A stretch of 64,000 nt of DNA from Octopus vulgaris. Lineage: Eukaryota. The notes below the pieces were generated by a model. The model saw only the letters and a program-made list of their open reading frames with translations. It did no database searches and was not told the origin of the DNA. The stretch spans positions 61,628,001-61,692,000 of the forward strand of contig OX597830.1 of assembly GCA_951406725.2 (NCBI GenBank), in the 5' to 3' direction. Every line of letters starts with the position of its first letter. The first letter of the stretch is position 1. Made by a program: the position numbers and the translations under genes. This document shows, in pieces, positions 1 to 13,002 of the stretch.

Positions 1-792
1 AGAAAGGTTAAAATTACTTATATTGATAGATTTTTTCTCTTCATGCTTCACTGATCTACAGATGTCATTAGATGTAATTCGAGACTCTGTTCCACTAAAT
101 TCCGGAAGACGTGTAATAATAGAGGTGCTATTTTTAGCTCGCGCAGTCCTGCCACAGATATAAATACAATTTTGATAATTTCATTTGGAATTATACACTA
201 GTTTTGAGTTTATGAGCATCAAACAAAGATCATTAATCACATTAGAAATATTAGAGTAATCAGCAACGACAAGGGGTATCATAAGAAGTTAAGACGTCTA
301 AAGTTGCAGGCAAAGTTGCTTTGACTTACTAATGTTGTAATGTAATGATTGGCAGCAGTGAAAGAACAGTCAGCATGTAAATAGAGACAATAAACACACG
401 GACAACAAATGCATTTTACAAAGTAATGACGTATAAATCTAATCAAATTTCATATATTCGCCCCCAAAAAGCAAACTAAACGTCTAAACATTTGTCTACC
501 ATAGCGATGAAGCAATTACATTTTACATGCGGAGATAAGATGCGGAAGTCAGGAAACGTTGATGGATTTTGGACCCTTATTGTTCCAAACCAACTGTAAG
601 GGACTACTAATATATGAAAATGGAAAAGAATCTTAAAAGAGTCTGAGAACATATTCGTGTTCTAACGACAATACACAGGCGCGCGCGCACGCACGTACAC
701 ATACACGCACATATGCGCGCACACACACAAACACGCATTCACGCACACACAAAAACACGAGCGTCAAATTGATACCGACTCAATGTTTATTT

Positions 793-1101
793 TGGCTCTA
801 GGATAACTGCCACCGGAAAAATTTCCACTGAGATAATTACCACTCGGAACATTGCCCATGTGGGGAAATTGCAACTGGGATCACTGTCACTCAGAACATT
901 GCCTATGTGGGGAAATTGCAACTGGGAACACTGTCACTCGGAACATTGCCCATGTGGGGAAATTGCAACTGGGAACACTGTCACTCGGAACATTGCCCAT
1001 GTGGGGAAATTGCAACTGGGAACACTGTCACTCGGAACATTGCCCATGTGGGGAAATTGCCACCGGGAAAACTGCTTGGTAGGAACATAGCAACAGGGAA
1101 A
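793..1101. repeat. 47-bp tandem repeat (~4.5 copies) built from ~15-bp GGAAAATTGCCAC-like subunits; possibly the subterminal array of a DNA transposon
   Basis: Unit GGAACATTGCCCATGTGGGGAAATTGCAACTGGGAACACTGTCACTC repeats from 847; ORFs 860 and 907 are offset by 47 nt; degenerate subunits flank both sides. Confidence 0.85.
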
Positions 1102-1236
1102 TATTCAGTAAAATTTTACTTTCACACACGTCAACAATAATAAATGAAATATGTGTGAGTGTGTGTGTATGTATGTGTGTGTGTGCCTATAGATGTGGAT
1201 GTATGTGCATGTATACATGTGTTAGTATGTATATAC

Positions 1237-1309
<73 letters not shown>

Positions 1310-1483
1310 GAGAGAGAGGAGAAAGTTAGAGGTTGTTGTAACTGACTGAGGGATAAAATATCCGTATATACTATCAGTATACGTTACCTGTGTTAAACCC
1401 GGGCAATGGCGTGCAGGGACACCATATACGTCGAGCGCAGGTAACAACAGGATAAACAAAAGTTTTTCAGGAACCAATGCAGA

Positions 1484-2922
1484 TAATTAGAAAATGGAGA
1501 AAAACATAGATTAACCAGCGCATCGATCGGACTGCATTTTAAAGCATATTTATTGAAACAATGCAAGGCAATACAAATCTAACAGCTGTTTCTGATCAAA
1601 CTACCAGAATGCAGTCTATGCATAAATGCCAGGATAAAATTCTTCGTCTTCATAGGGAATTCGAAGTAAGGCAACATGTCTTTATCAGAATGAAAAACAA
1701 GAGCATACAATATAAACAAAAGGAAGAAGGAAAATGAAAGAAGACATGGTATAGACAATAAATCTAGAAGCCCAATATGTTAAATGCACATAGTTATTTA
1801 CCATCAGGGCTGAAAGAGCGTAGATGAGAGAGTGAGCTATTAAAGGACTAGGGAATACTACAAATTATTAACGGGAGGGTACAGCTAGGAGTTGGGACCA
1901 GGGTATTAAAAAGAGAAGGCGGCGAGCTGGCAGAAACGTTAGTACGCCGGGCGAAATGTTTAGCGGTATTTCGCCTGTCTTTACGTTCTGAATTCAAGTT
2001 CCGCCAAGGTCGACTTTGCCTTTCATCCTTTCGGGGTCGATTAATTAAGTACCAGTTACGCACTGGGGTCGATATAATCGGCTTAACCCGTTTGTCTGTC
2101 CTTGCTTGTCCTCTCTGTGTTTAGCCCCTTGTGGGTAGTAAAGAAATAGGTATTAAAAAGAGAAGTTATCAAGAAGCTTCATGTAAAGAAAAGAAAATTG
2201 TAACATAAATATGAAAGGTCAAACCTATCTTTCTGGAGGTAAACAAATTAACGAAGGTTACTAAAAAATAAATTTACTCACAGAGAATTAATACCAAGAA
2301 TCCTCCCTATAGGCCATAATGGGGTAAGTCTCAGCCCAGCGGTCTCTACATTGGTCAGTAACAATTTAAACAGGTCACCTGTTAAAACCGTTACAAAGGA
2401 TTTGTTTGTAAATAAACAAGAAAAAGAAAGGAAGGAAAAGGTAAGGGAGATAAAATATTGAGAAGAATTTAAAGGCCGCTTATGTCCTTCAGTATAACAT
2501 GTGAGAGGAAAACATAATGAGGCCAACAGGTTATTGGTTAAGGGGATGCAACAGGTCCTGAAAACAAGGAAAAAGGGAACATAAAGGAAAACATATATTG
2601 CTGAACCTCGTATGTAGCGAATTTTAGTAAAGCTAAAGCATATACAAATATATATAATTAAGTATATACCAGTATGTATACTGAGACCTACCCCATTGTG
2701 GACCATAGGGGTGATTCTTGGTCTTCAATTCCTGTGAGATAATTTTTACTTTAGTAACCTACGGTAATTTGTTTACCTTTACTTAAGTTTAGACTGCATT
2801 CAGGTATTTTGATGAAAATCAGCTGTTAGACTTGTACTGTCTTGCATTGTATCAATAAATATGTTTTAAAATGTAGTCCTATCGAAGCGCTGGTTAATCT
2901 GTTTTTATCCATTTTCTAATAA
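1484..2922. repeat. Nested inverted repeats (1484-1620 vs 2790-2922; 2236-2330 vs 2681-2778), Penelope-like fold-back remnant
   Basis: Arms read as diverged reverse complements; outer left arm on the minus strand has ATGAAGA...GAAA-CAGCTG-TT (degenerate hammerhead). Confidence 0.7.
1918..2148 (+). mobile_element. tRNA-derived SINE, family A, with ~17-bp TSD
   Basis: GGCGGCGAGCTGGCAGAA head, B-box-like AATTCAAGTTCC, tail GTAAAGAAATA; GGTATTAAAAAGAGAAG flanks both sides. Confidence 0.9.
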
Positions 2923-2930
2923 TATATATA

Positions 2931-3370
2931 TCAAAATAAGTAGCAGGATAACAACTAGTATGTAGTCCTACCGTTTCGAGCGGCTCCACTTAATTGAACA
3001 ATATAATCATTATATCAATTTAAATGCAGTGCCACCTTCAACTGCACTAATAAATAAATACAATTTTAACAAGTAGGACACATTAATATAATTTTTCTCA
3101 AATATTTTAACAGAGCAAGAAGATGGATGAAATAGTCTAAGATTAGCTACAGTAGCGAAAACATGAATTTTTCAAATCTTCTTGGTCTGTTAAAATATTT
3201 GAGAAAAATTATATCAATATGTCCTACTTATTAAAATTCCATTTATTTATTTATGCAGCTGAAGACGACACTGCATTTAAATTGATTTAATGATTGCATT
3301 GTTCAATTAAATGGAGCCGCTTGCAATGGTCGTACTGCTTCACTATTTGATATCCTGTTGCTTATTTTGA
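2931..3370. mobile_element. Fold-back element with ~195-bp arms and a degenerate hammerhead in each arm
   Basis: 2931-3124 is the reverse complement of 3176-3370; starts directly after TATATATA; right arm GCAG-CTGAAGA...GCAA-TGGTCG-TA-CTGC. Confidence 0.8.
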
Positions 3371-4335
3371 TTATATTCACCTTACTTCGGGCTGTGTGGA
3401 TAATACAGGACTGACTTGATGTTTCAACTTAAGTACCTAATTCAACTGAATCTCAATTATATATAGATATAGATTATAGCAGGAAAATGTGTATATTTTC
3501 CAATTATATCCATGGGATTTTCTTCTATTTAAAAGGCAACTAATCGAGCAAAGTCAAATTAGTTAAAAGTTTAAAAAATAGCTTTACTTTCTTACTGAGA
3601 GGACACGTGCAGATTATGTGCAGAACTTAACAATTTTCTTTCTTACACTTCACAGAATTGTCATCACAAGGACGAACAGGTAACTTACAGATGCAAGCAG
3701 AAATGTCAAAGATTTTATCCAGGTTTTCTCCATATTTTGCTCCTTGACCGTGGAAAGAGATTTGCGGTTTGTCTCTTTTGCTTTCTTGAAACATACTTTA
3801 TCCACCAATTTCATTACATAATATTCCTCATACAGAGACAGCCGTGGGTTCACTATCTGCCAGATTTCAACTACATCCTTTGCATTTATTTTACCAATAT
3901 CATAGTCTTTCGTGTTCGGGTGACTGTTTTGTGTGTGTATACGGGTGTATGTTTGCGTGTGCGTGTGTATATACGTGTTTGGGTTTGTGTATATATATGT
4001 TTGCAAATTTGGCTTACAACAGTTTCCAGTAGTCATTAAATGTACTTTACTGATAGGTTTACTCAGTCAGTCTATTGCTCAGTTGAGAAAAATTGAACGA
4101 CCTAAAACAGTTAATGCTCCTTTCGTAAAAGCCATTTCTTACACACATTTTACATTGTGTGTAAAAACCAACTTGTCTGGGGCCCAACCACGGATTCCCA
4201 ACATAGAATTGCGATGAACCATAACTTTAGTCCGAGCCATAAGAATACTTGAAGTTCTTCACTATTTGAACCAGATTGTTAGCCTGATTTGCCAATAGAG
4301 AGCTTATGAAGTATTTTGTCCGGTTTGATAGTCCC

Positions 4336-4380
<45 letters not shown>

Positions 4381-4630
4381 GGTATATTCTGTTAAGAACG
4401 TAGTAGAGTACAGTACAAAGCTCATCCTCTTCAGATTTCACTCTTAGTATTATACATACTTCCAGGTTTAGATTTGGGCATCTGTTGTGTGTGAATAGAT
4501 AAGTGGAAGAAATGGAGTCAACAAGAAGTACGGTTGGACATTTATTTTCAATCACTACAATTGTTTCTATTCAACGTACATAGAGAGAGAGAGAGAGATA
4601 CATACATACATACATACATACATACATACA

Positions 4631-4662
<32 letters not shown>

Positions 4663-5553
4663 GATATAGGCACATATCCTTGTATCTTATTTCGTAGTTT
4701 TCTGTTCCTTTAAATGCACCAGTATACATAAAATGTATATACATATTTGAATAATATTCTTCTCTTATATTGGAAATTTATACATTTGAATTACTTCTAG
4801 TATTTTTATTATACTTTTTTTCGCACCTATCACTCAATAATAAAAGTACTTTTTTATCACATCCACTTTCACCATTATATATATATATATATCACTATAT
4901 ATCACTACAGTCTTGTATCTCTTTTATCCATATCTAGATTCTCAATTCATATTGTAAATTTTTAAAATATATATCTAATATAGTTAACATTAAAATACAA
5001 TAACTGTATTTCTAAGAGAAATCTTTATGTTACCTTAGCATTATCTCCCCTTCATTGTTACCTTATCCAACCTCTCAAATAAACTCCTTTATCACCGCAC
5101 GTTTTTTTTCTTTTTTTTTCAAAAATAGTTTTAACCACAGCAAGTATTTTCTCTCTCAATTTTGTAATATTAACAATTATTCTTCTATTTTTTTCACTCC
5201 TTCCTCTTAGACTTATTTCACACAAACGAATATAATGCTCTTTAACTAATAATAAACCATTTTTTCCCATTATATTAACTCTCTCACAACCCCTCAAAAA
5301 ATGTTGTCTTCCGAATTTCAACTAACGTATATAAAATCATACAAACTACTTAAATTTTTTTATTCTAGAAACTTTTTAAAAGACAATTTCTTTTTAATAT
5401 ACAGCATAATTTTTTTCATTTTTTCATTGTATACCACTCATAACTGTCAAATCATACATAAATTTAAATATAGCTATGCTGTCCCATTGGACGCTTATTT
5501 GTTTATATGTATACACATGTATATATGCATATATATACAGGTATGTGTATGTA

Positions 5554-5601
<48 letters not shown>

Positions 5602-5772
5602 TGCTTGTATATATATGTATCTATGTCTATGTATGTAAGTGTGTATGTATGTTTATATATATATATAAATATATTATAATTTACTTCTTATGATAAATGC
5701 TTTATATGGAATGTATATCACTATGCATCAGTTATAGTTCTCTCACAACTAGATTCAACACTACCTAAACAT

Positions 5773-6378
5773 AAACTGATATGTTGTCAACTTAATGTGA
5801 CAGTCCCATAAAAGGGAAGAATGTTACTGTTATTTAGCCCCAGGAAACATCGTTTCCTGTTGGACTTGACACATTTCCGGTGTCCTTATGTTTTCGAAGT
5901 GGCGATAAACACCTCCAAAACCAGCACCCAGAGACTAGTTTCAGAGTCATTGCTCATCATCAACCTTGAGTAGCATGACTTGCAAGCTGTCAGTGCCTAT
6001 TTGCCTTTGAAAACATATATATTTCGAGTGAATAAATTCACTGATTTTTGAAAATAGAAATAATGTATTTCACTCGAAATATATATGGTTTCAAAGGCGG
6101 ATAGGCATCGACAGCTAGCAAGTCATGTTACTTCAGACTGATGATGAGCAATGACTCTGAAACTAGTCTGTGAGTGTTGGCTTTGCTGGGTGGAGGTGCT
6201 TATCTCCACTTTGAAAACATAAGGACACAGAAAATGTATCAAGTCCAACAGGAAACGATGTTTCCTGGGGCTAAATAGCAGTGGCATTCTTCCCTTTCAC
6301 ATTAAGTTGACAACATGGTATCACTTTATCGTGCTGTTACTGCATAAATCTCTCTGAGAAATTTAGAAATATATTATT
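5773..6378. mobile_element. Fold-back hammerhead element with 13-bp TSD
   Basis: Arms ~5781-6035 and ~6066-6316 are reverse complements; ACTACCTAAACAT at 5760-5772 and 6379-6391. Confidence 0.85.
6134..6172 (+). ncRNA. Minimal type I hammerhead ribozyme motif
   Basis: CAGA-CTGATGA-tGAG caatga CTCt-GAAA-CTAG-TC-TGTG; the opposite arm preserves TCTG, which completes helix I. Confidence 0.75.
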
Positions 6379-6502
6379 ACTACCTAAACATGTTTTTATA
6401 TTTCATCTTTCATAATCATATTATGAATATCCGAATATGTTATATGACTTCTGTTACAATATAATATTCTTTTGATATTTTATTTTTGATGTATTCTTCT
6501 TT

Positions 6503-6619
6503 TACACTGAGGAGAACGGTAATATGTAATCAATTTAATTATAATCATAATTAAATTAATTTTAAATTTTTTCCATGTTTCTTACATGTAAATATTACCA
6601 TTCGAAACGATCGTATGCA
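6503..6619 (+). ncRNA. Type I hammerhead motif with ~90-nt helix II domain
   Basis: TACA-CTGAGGA-GAAcGGTAATAT...ATATTACCaTTC-GAAA-CGATCG-TA-TGCA. Confidence 0.75.
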
Positions 6620-6860
6620 TGGATTAAATTTTTATAAAACTTTTAACATTTTCTCTTCGCCATCTTTAATTGTTTGTTGAGTTTATATAGGAAACGTGTT
6701 CTATAAATGCTCATAACACACCTTATACGTGTAACATTTTCATATTTAAAAACAAAATAAAATAGTAAGCTACCAATTCCTTATAAAGAATCTTTATCAG
6801 AAATCTAACATTGGAACACCCCAAAATAAAGGATGAAATAGAACTCAACCTTTTCTCACA

Positions 6861-6876
6861 TATATATATATATATG

Positions 6877-6908
<32 letters not shown>

Positions 6909-7165
6909 TGTATGTATGTATGCATGTATGTATGTATGTATGTATGTATGTATGTATGTATGTATGTATGTATGTATGTATGTATGTGTGTGTGTGTATG
7001 TATGTATGTATGTATGTATATATTTATATATATATATATATGCGTGTGTGTGTGTACATTATATATATATATCTACGTATGTCTGTTCGCACACATGCAC
7101 ATATATACATACAGACATACATACATACACACACACACATACATACGTACGTACATACATATATA
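6861..7165. repeat. Compound (TATG)n/(TA)n/(CA)n microsatellite
   Basis: Direct reading. Confidence 0.95.
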
Positions 7166-8489
7166 GGACTATAAAAATCTGGTAAACTTTCTTATGATTT
7201 AAAAGATGGTGGTTAAAACAAGATGCTTTTCTTCACAACCTTACTACCATGTTGGTGGCCGGACAAAATTTATTCTTAATTAATAAGAGAAAGAGAAGAA
7301 CACACATGCACACAGTCACACACTCGACTGCGTGATTCACCTGCACATTACTGAGGGTAAGTATTTGTTGGATGAAGTAGAAAGAACTGAGATACTAGAG
7401 AGAAATGAACGATTAACCGATTTAAAATTTCTTATGAACGAACGCTAGGACACGATGCGAACCATCTCGCAATCAATCCAAATTTATTAATTTACAAATG
7501 ACTGGTGAAATAGGCTTGAAAGAAAGCAATCTTAACGAAGAATGCAAACAAATAATAAAGAAGATCGATAAAATGCCATGATGAATGCCAGAAAAATAAA
7601 ATATTAATAAAAAGGATTTTAAATATTGAACCGAGAAAAAAATGAGATTTTGAAATGAATTCTTTGTTAGTCTTGGCAAAATAGAGAAGTGATGGGGAAA
7701 GAGATGTAATAAATTCAGCTATTCTTTGGCTGGAAACACGATCGATAAAACGGTGTGGAGGTGGGCAGCTGTGATTGTCAGTTTTGATAAATTGCTGAGA
7801 GGAGCACTAGAATTATTGTTGATCGTGGCCAAAAGATACACCCAACCCTCTTTCCATGGTACGAAATTGTTAAGGCTTTTGAAATTGATACATTTAGTAT
7901 CACCCAGATCAATGTTTAGCATGTCTAGCTCTCTCTTCCACCTACCCAAACACTAGCATATCCAATATTTGGATGTTACTCTCTCTCTTTCTCTTTCTCT
8001 TTCTCTTTCTCTTTCTCTCCTCTCTTTCTTTCTCATGCTCTCTCTCTCTCTCTCCCCATCTATCTCTTTCTCCCTCTCTCTCTCTCTCTCTTTCACAGAC
8101 TTTAGTTTTATTTTTATTCAAGTGTTCGTTCTTTAGAGGAAGAGAAGGAGAGTTATAGTTTTCATTTTTTCTATTGATGTTGCCAATTTCTAATCTTCTG
8201 CTGTCTTCTACATCTTTCTTCCCTTAACTCCTCTCTTGTTAATGTTTTTATTACCATTTTTATCATTTCCAGAGCTGTTTGTCTAGCTGCTGCTTTCCTC
8301 TTTCATTTTCGCTTTCTGTCTCTTCATTAAATTATATTTTATTTTGACCCGTACGTCAACTCGTACTTACTCTCAACATCATCTCTATCTTCACTTCTCA
8401 CTCTTTCTCTCTTTGCACACGCATATATACACACAAATTCATACACACAAGCACAAGAAAGCCTGCATGCATGTACAATATAATATAGT

Positions 8490-8754
<265 letters not shown>

Positions 8755-8929
8755 GCGGACTAGTTACCACAGCAATAACAGTCCGCGCATGTCACCCTAC
8801 TCTTTCCTCCTTCCTCTTTCGTAGCCCACACATCTGAGCAACGACCTTTGCATCCCTCGCTTTTCCAAATGTCTTGAAAAAGTGGGTTTTAGCCCCGAAA
8901 TATATAAGGTAAAACTAGAAGTTTGTTTT

Positions 8930-9584
8930 TTTTTCTTGTCACGTCTCACGAATGAACCCTTTTTCTGGCCGAATAGTGACTGGTGAGGAGAAATGGGTTC
9001 TCTATAAAAATGTCAAGCGCCGAAGACAGTGGGTAGGGAAAGGAGAAACATTGGCACCCCAGGCTAAAGAAGGTCTTCAGTCATGTGTGGTGTTGTTATC
9101 TGTTTGGTGGGATATGAAAGGACTTTTAAACCCAAACCAAACGAGAGCAAAGGAAATCTGCTGCGAGCAGCTTGAGTGGCTCAAGTCAACACTAGAAGAA
9201 AAACGACCATCTTTAGTTTCAAGACGAAAGGTGTTCTTCCATCAGGATAATGCTTGGTCACACACAGAGAGGTTGACATTCCAAAGGCTGGAGCAGTTTG
9301 AATTGGAAATGATGCCCCAACCAACATAGTCGCCGGACATTGCCCCATCTGATTATCATGTATTCCGCAATCTCCAAAATCATTTAGACGAAAAAAATAT
9401 GAATTCTATAAACGATGTCAGAACAGTACTGGAAGAGTATCTTTCGTCACGGACAAGTGAAACATGAAGAGAGCCATTGCAAGTCTACCACATAGATAAA
9501 AGAGCATTGTAGAAAATGAAAGAGAGTATATTTTAAATTAAAAGAAGTATAAAGAAACGGCATTATTTATGGGATGACCCAATG
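8930..9584 (+). mobile_element. Mariner transposase pseudogene, catalytic half plus probable right TIR
   Basis: RIVTGEEKWVLY, FHQDNA, then SPDIAPSDYHVF after a stop codon; ends GCATTATTTATGGGATGACCCAAT. Confidence 0.9.
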
Positions 9585-9699
9585 TATACGTACACTTAGT
9601 AACATTATAAAACTAAATCTTTGAGCAGGTTAATATGATGTAATTCGCTGGTTTAACAAAGTCACAACAAGGAAACAAAAAAATTCATACAGATGGAAC

Positions 9700-9898
9700 C
9701 TAGTCTATAGATACAAAGTTACCTTGGAGGGAAGGGAATATATTTATATTGGGGCCAGGTCTCTTTTTTTAATAAAAAAAAGACTGATCAATCATTTAAA
9801 TTCTTTTAGAGATAGGAAAAACATAAATGATAAAAGCAAAAGTAAACTAATTTGGTCAATTAAAGACCAAAACAATAGCTATTCTATCGATTGGGAAT
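9700..9898 (+). pseudogene. Penelope-like GIY-YIG endonuclease fragment
   Basis: LVYRYKVT...YIYIG...KKRLINHLNSF...SKLIWSIK...IDWE, a typical PLE endonuclease pattern; truncated by (ATGT)n. Confidence 0.75.
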
Positions 9899-9991
9899 GT
9901 ATGTATGTATGTATGTATGTATGTATGTATGTATGTATGTATGTATGTATGTATGTATGTATGTATGTATGTATGTATGTATGTATGTATG

Positions 9992-10022
<31 letters not shown>

Positions 10023-10065
10023 GTGTATGTATGTATGTATGTATGTATGTATGTATGTATGTATG

Positions 10066-10126
<61 letters not shown>

Positions 10127-10180
10127 TGTATGTATGTATGTATGTATGTATGTATGAATATGTGTATGTATGTATGTATG

Positions 10181-10245
<65 letters not shown>

Positions 10246-10311
10246 GTATGTATGTATGTATGTATGTATGTATGTATGCAAAGTATGTATGTATGTATGT
10301 ATGTATGTATG

Positions 10312-10345
<34 letters not shown>

Positions 10346-10509
10346 TGTATGTATGTATGTATGTATGTATGTATGTATGTATGTATGTATGTATGTATGT
10401 ATGTATGTATGTATGTATGTATGTATGTATGTATGTATGTGTGTATGTATGTGTGTATGTATGTATGTATGTATGTATGTGTGTATGTATATGTCCATGT
10501 ATGCGTATG

Positions 10510-10571
<62 letters not shown>
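9897..10571. repeat. ~600-bp (ATGT)n followed by (AT)n
   Basis: Direct reading. Confidence 0.95.
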
Positions 10572-10575
<4 letters not shown>

Positions 10576-11206
10576 TAATATAGGATAAAACTTTTTCGAA
10601 AAAAATTTTTTATCAATGGCCAGCATATTAAAATATACCATTAAAGGTTAAATTTATAAACAACTTATAAATAAGTGCAAAAGAAAAAAATTCTAATGCC
10701 AAATATGCTGAAACTAGACACATTGTCCATAACCATATAATTTATCACAATAAGCACGCTACTCGAAAAAAGCTGACAGAAATATCTAAAAAATTCCGTT
10801 ATTACCATATCGGACCCGATTTCAGAGTTAGTTCATAAGAACCTTCCCTTCATCAGTGATAAATGCGACAAAAGAAATAAATGAAATACTCGCTTATACC
10901 CATGGAAGAAGCAAACACTAAGTCATGAGCACAATTAAGTACGCCAAATATATCCAAAGTAGAAATTCTCCAGCCCATTCGAGACACGTGCGATTCGAAC
11001 TGAAACTCTCACAGAGTAAGAGAGTCTGGAAGTGAATACTATTAAATTTACATCTAATATAGGATAAAACATTTTCGAAAAAAAATTTTATCAATGGCCA
11101 GCATATTAAAAAGTACCATTGTGGTAAATTATATGGTTATGGACAATGTGTCTAGTTTCGGCATATTTGGCATTAGAAATTTTTTCTTTTGCCCTTATTT
11201 ATGAGT

Positions 11207-11210
<4 letters not shown>
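10572..11210 (-). mobile_element. Non-coding hammerhead element with partial direct plus inverted duplication, flanked by (TA)n
   Basis: 10572-10642 recurs directly at 11051-11120; 10660-10750 is inverted at 11118-11209; hammerhead at 10805-10860. Confidence 0.8.
10805..10860 (-). ncRNA. Type I hammerhead motif
   Basis: Minus strand ATCA-CTGATGA-AGGG...CTCT-GAAA-TCGG gt CCGA-TA-TGGT. Confidence 0.8.
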
Positions 11211-11283
<73 letters not shown>

Positions 11284-11859
11284 ACGTGTGTATTCGTATG
11301 TTGTATATATAAAGATATATTTGTAATTTTATACTATCTGTGTATATCCCACGGATGAGGCAGAGTATATTTTTACAGAGAACCAGAAATCTGGATCTGG
11401 GATTATCCAATAATTTTGTTGCTAGTTTATCTGTCTATTTCTATTTTCACCTTTTGCTGTATGAATACATGTAGTAGTTTTAGAGTCAAGTTTTGACTGC
11501 TATCTCTAGCATGGTGGTATCTTTTAGATACCCTTAATTATAATTTTGATAATAATTAATACGTATAAGGTTCTTATTCCTACGGTGGCTGCTTGATATG
11601 ATCGATATTTTAAATAATAACAGAGATGAACCTATCCATTTATCATCGGAGGGCAAGTCCCCAAAATGAGCGAGAGTGGATATTACTGATTTCAGTAATC
11701 GTAATGAACCTATCATATATTTCTCGTTGATGCAATGACGCCATTTGGCGGAGCTGGGAGGTGTTGGTATGTATCTACGTCAAAGTACAGACTGGTACAG
11801 GTAGCACTTTGCGTTAATAGAATGGGGATTACTCTAAAGGAATTTATTTCTCTTTAAGA

Positions 11860-12042
11860 AGCGCAGGAATAGCTGTGTGGTTAATAGTTTGCTTCACAAC
11901 CAAATATTCCCATTCAATCCCACTGCGTGGCACCTTGGGCAAGTGTCTCCTACTATAGCCTCGGGTCAACCAAAGCCTTGCGAGTGGATTTGGTAGACGG
12001 AAACTGAAAGAATCCCGTCGTATATATATATATATATATATA
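11860..12042 (+). mobile_element. SINE family B, 5' half ending in its (TA)n
   Basis: tRNA-like head, GGCACCTTGGGCAAGTGTC core, GGATTTGGTAGACGGAAACTGAAAGAA block. Confidence 0.85.
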
Positions 12043-12189
12043 TGTTGGTGTGTTTACGACAGTAAAGTTGGAATCCCACTGGGATAATAGGATGACCACA
12101 CGTGCTTTGAAAGAAAAAAATTACAGACAAAAGAGGTAACGAATTTGCAAAGACAAGCCATCCTTCCCATCGTCGACCGGACGTGATAC

Positions 12190-12232
12190 GCACGAACCCA
12201 TGTTTCTGGGTAATTACCCGTCGTCAGCGCAC
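12190..12232 (-). ncRNA. Minimal type I hammerhead motif
   Basis: Minus strand GTGCG-CTGACGA-cGGGT aatt ACCCa-GAAA-CATGGG-TT-CGTGC. Confidence 0.7.
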
Positions 12233-12577
12233 GACAATCACCGGTCTTCGATGAGAAGGGGTCCCAATGCAAATACATATATCCTTTTCCATATATCCTT
12301 TTTCTACATTTAAGTGGCATAATACTTCACATTGTCGTGCAGCTACTGTTATACCTCATTCAGAGATTTATTATCTCCTGATATCTCATAGTGCTAATCT
12401 TTCTTCAGAAAACAGAGACATACTTACGATTGAATTAAAAAACGACAGAATTTTAGGCTTGGTCAATCTATATTTATACTTTTTTATTTTTATTTCCATT
12501 GACTATTTTGGTCCATTTGTATGGTAATTTATATTTTCAATTCTGTTACTGCCATTACATTATTCAGTATTTTTAGT

Positions 12578-12805
12578 ACTCTCTTTACTCTTTTACTTGT
12601 TTCAGTCATGACTGCGGCCATGCTGGAGCACCGCCTTTGGTCGAGCAAATCGACTCCGGGACTTATTCTTTGTAAGCCCAGTACTTATTCTATCGGTCTC
12701 TTTTGCCGAACCGCTAAATGACGGGGACGTAAACACACCAGCATCGGTTGTCAAGCAATGCTAGAGGGACAAACACAGACACACAAACATATACACACAC
12801 ATACA

Positions 12806-12839
<34 letters not shown>

Positions 12840-13002
12840 CGACAGGCTTCTTTCAGTTTCCGTCTACCAAATCCACTCACAAGGCTTTGGTCGGCCCGAG
12901 GCTTTAGCAGAAGACACTTGCCCAAGATGCCACGCAGTGGGACTGAACCCGGAACCATGTGGTTGGTAAACAAGCTACTTACCACACAGCCACTCCTGGG
13001 CC
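12578..13002 (-). mobile_element. SINE family B, full length
   Basis: Head, core, internal microsatellite and GGCGGTGCTCCAGCATGGCCGCAGTC...GACTGAAAC tail. Confidence 0.9.

Larger units (their letters stand above)
5050..6620 (+). mobile_element. Highly decayed Penelope-like element 3' part (GIY-YIG remnant plus terminal hammerhead), interrupted by a microsatellite and a fold-back insertion
   Basis: Translation [12 protein letters not shown] (~5440-5478) resembles the IIYKFxC start of PLE endonucleases; SLTTRF at ~5740; hammerhead at 6503-6619. Confidence 0.5.

Noticed and set aside
847-1070. Regular repeats resembling a CRISPR array, and Cys/His-rich ORFs
   Set aside because: No unique spacers, eukaryotic context; the ORFs are a by-product of a stop-free 47-bp unit
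5781-6316. A-to-G excess between inverted arms as a fossil of ADAR editing
   Set aside because: Several A/G differences exist but run in both directions; polarity cannot be set without a family consensus
9724-10641. Long ORFs of MYVC/HTYI/YI repeats here and throughout
   Set aside because: Translations of microsatellites; only the first ~58 aa of 9724 are PLE-derived
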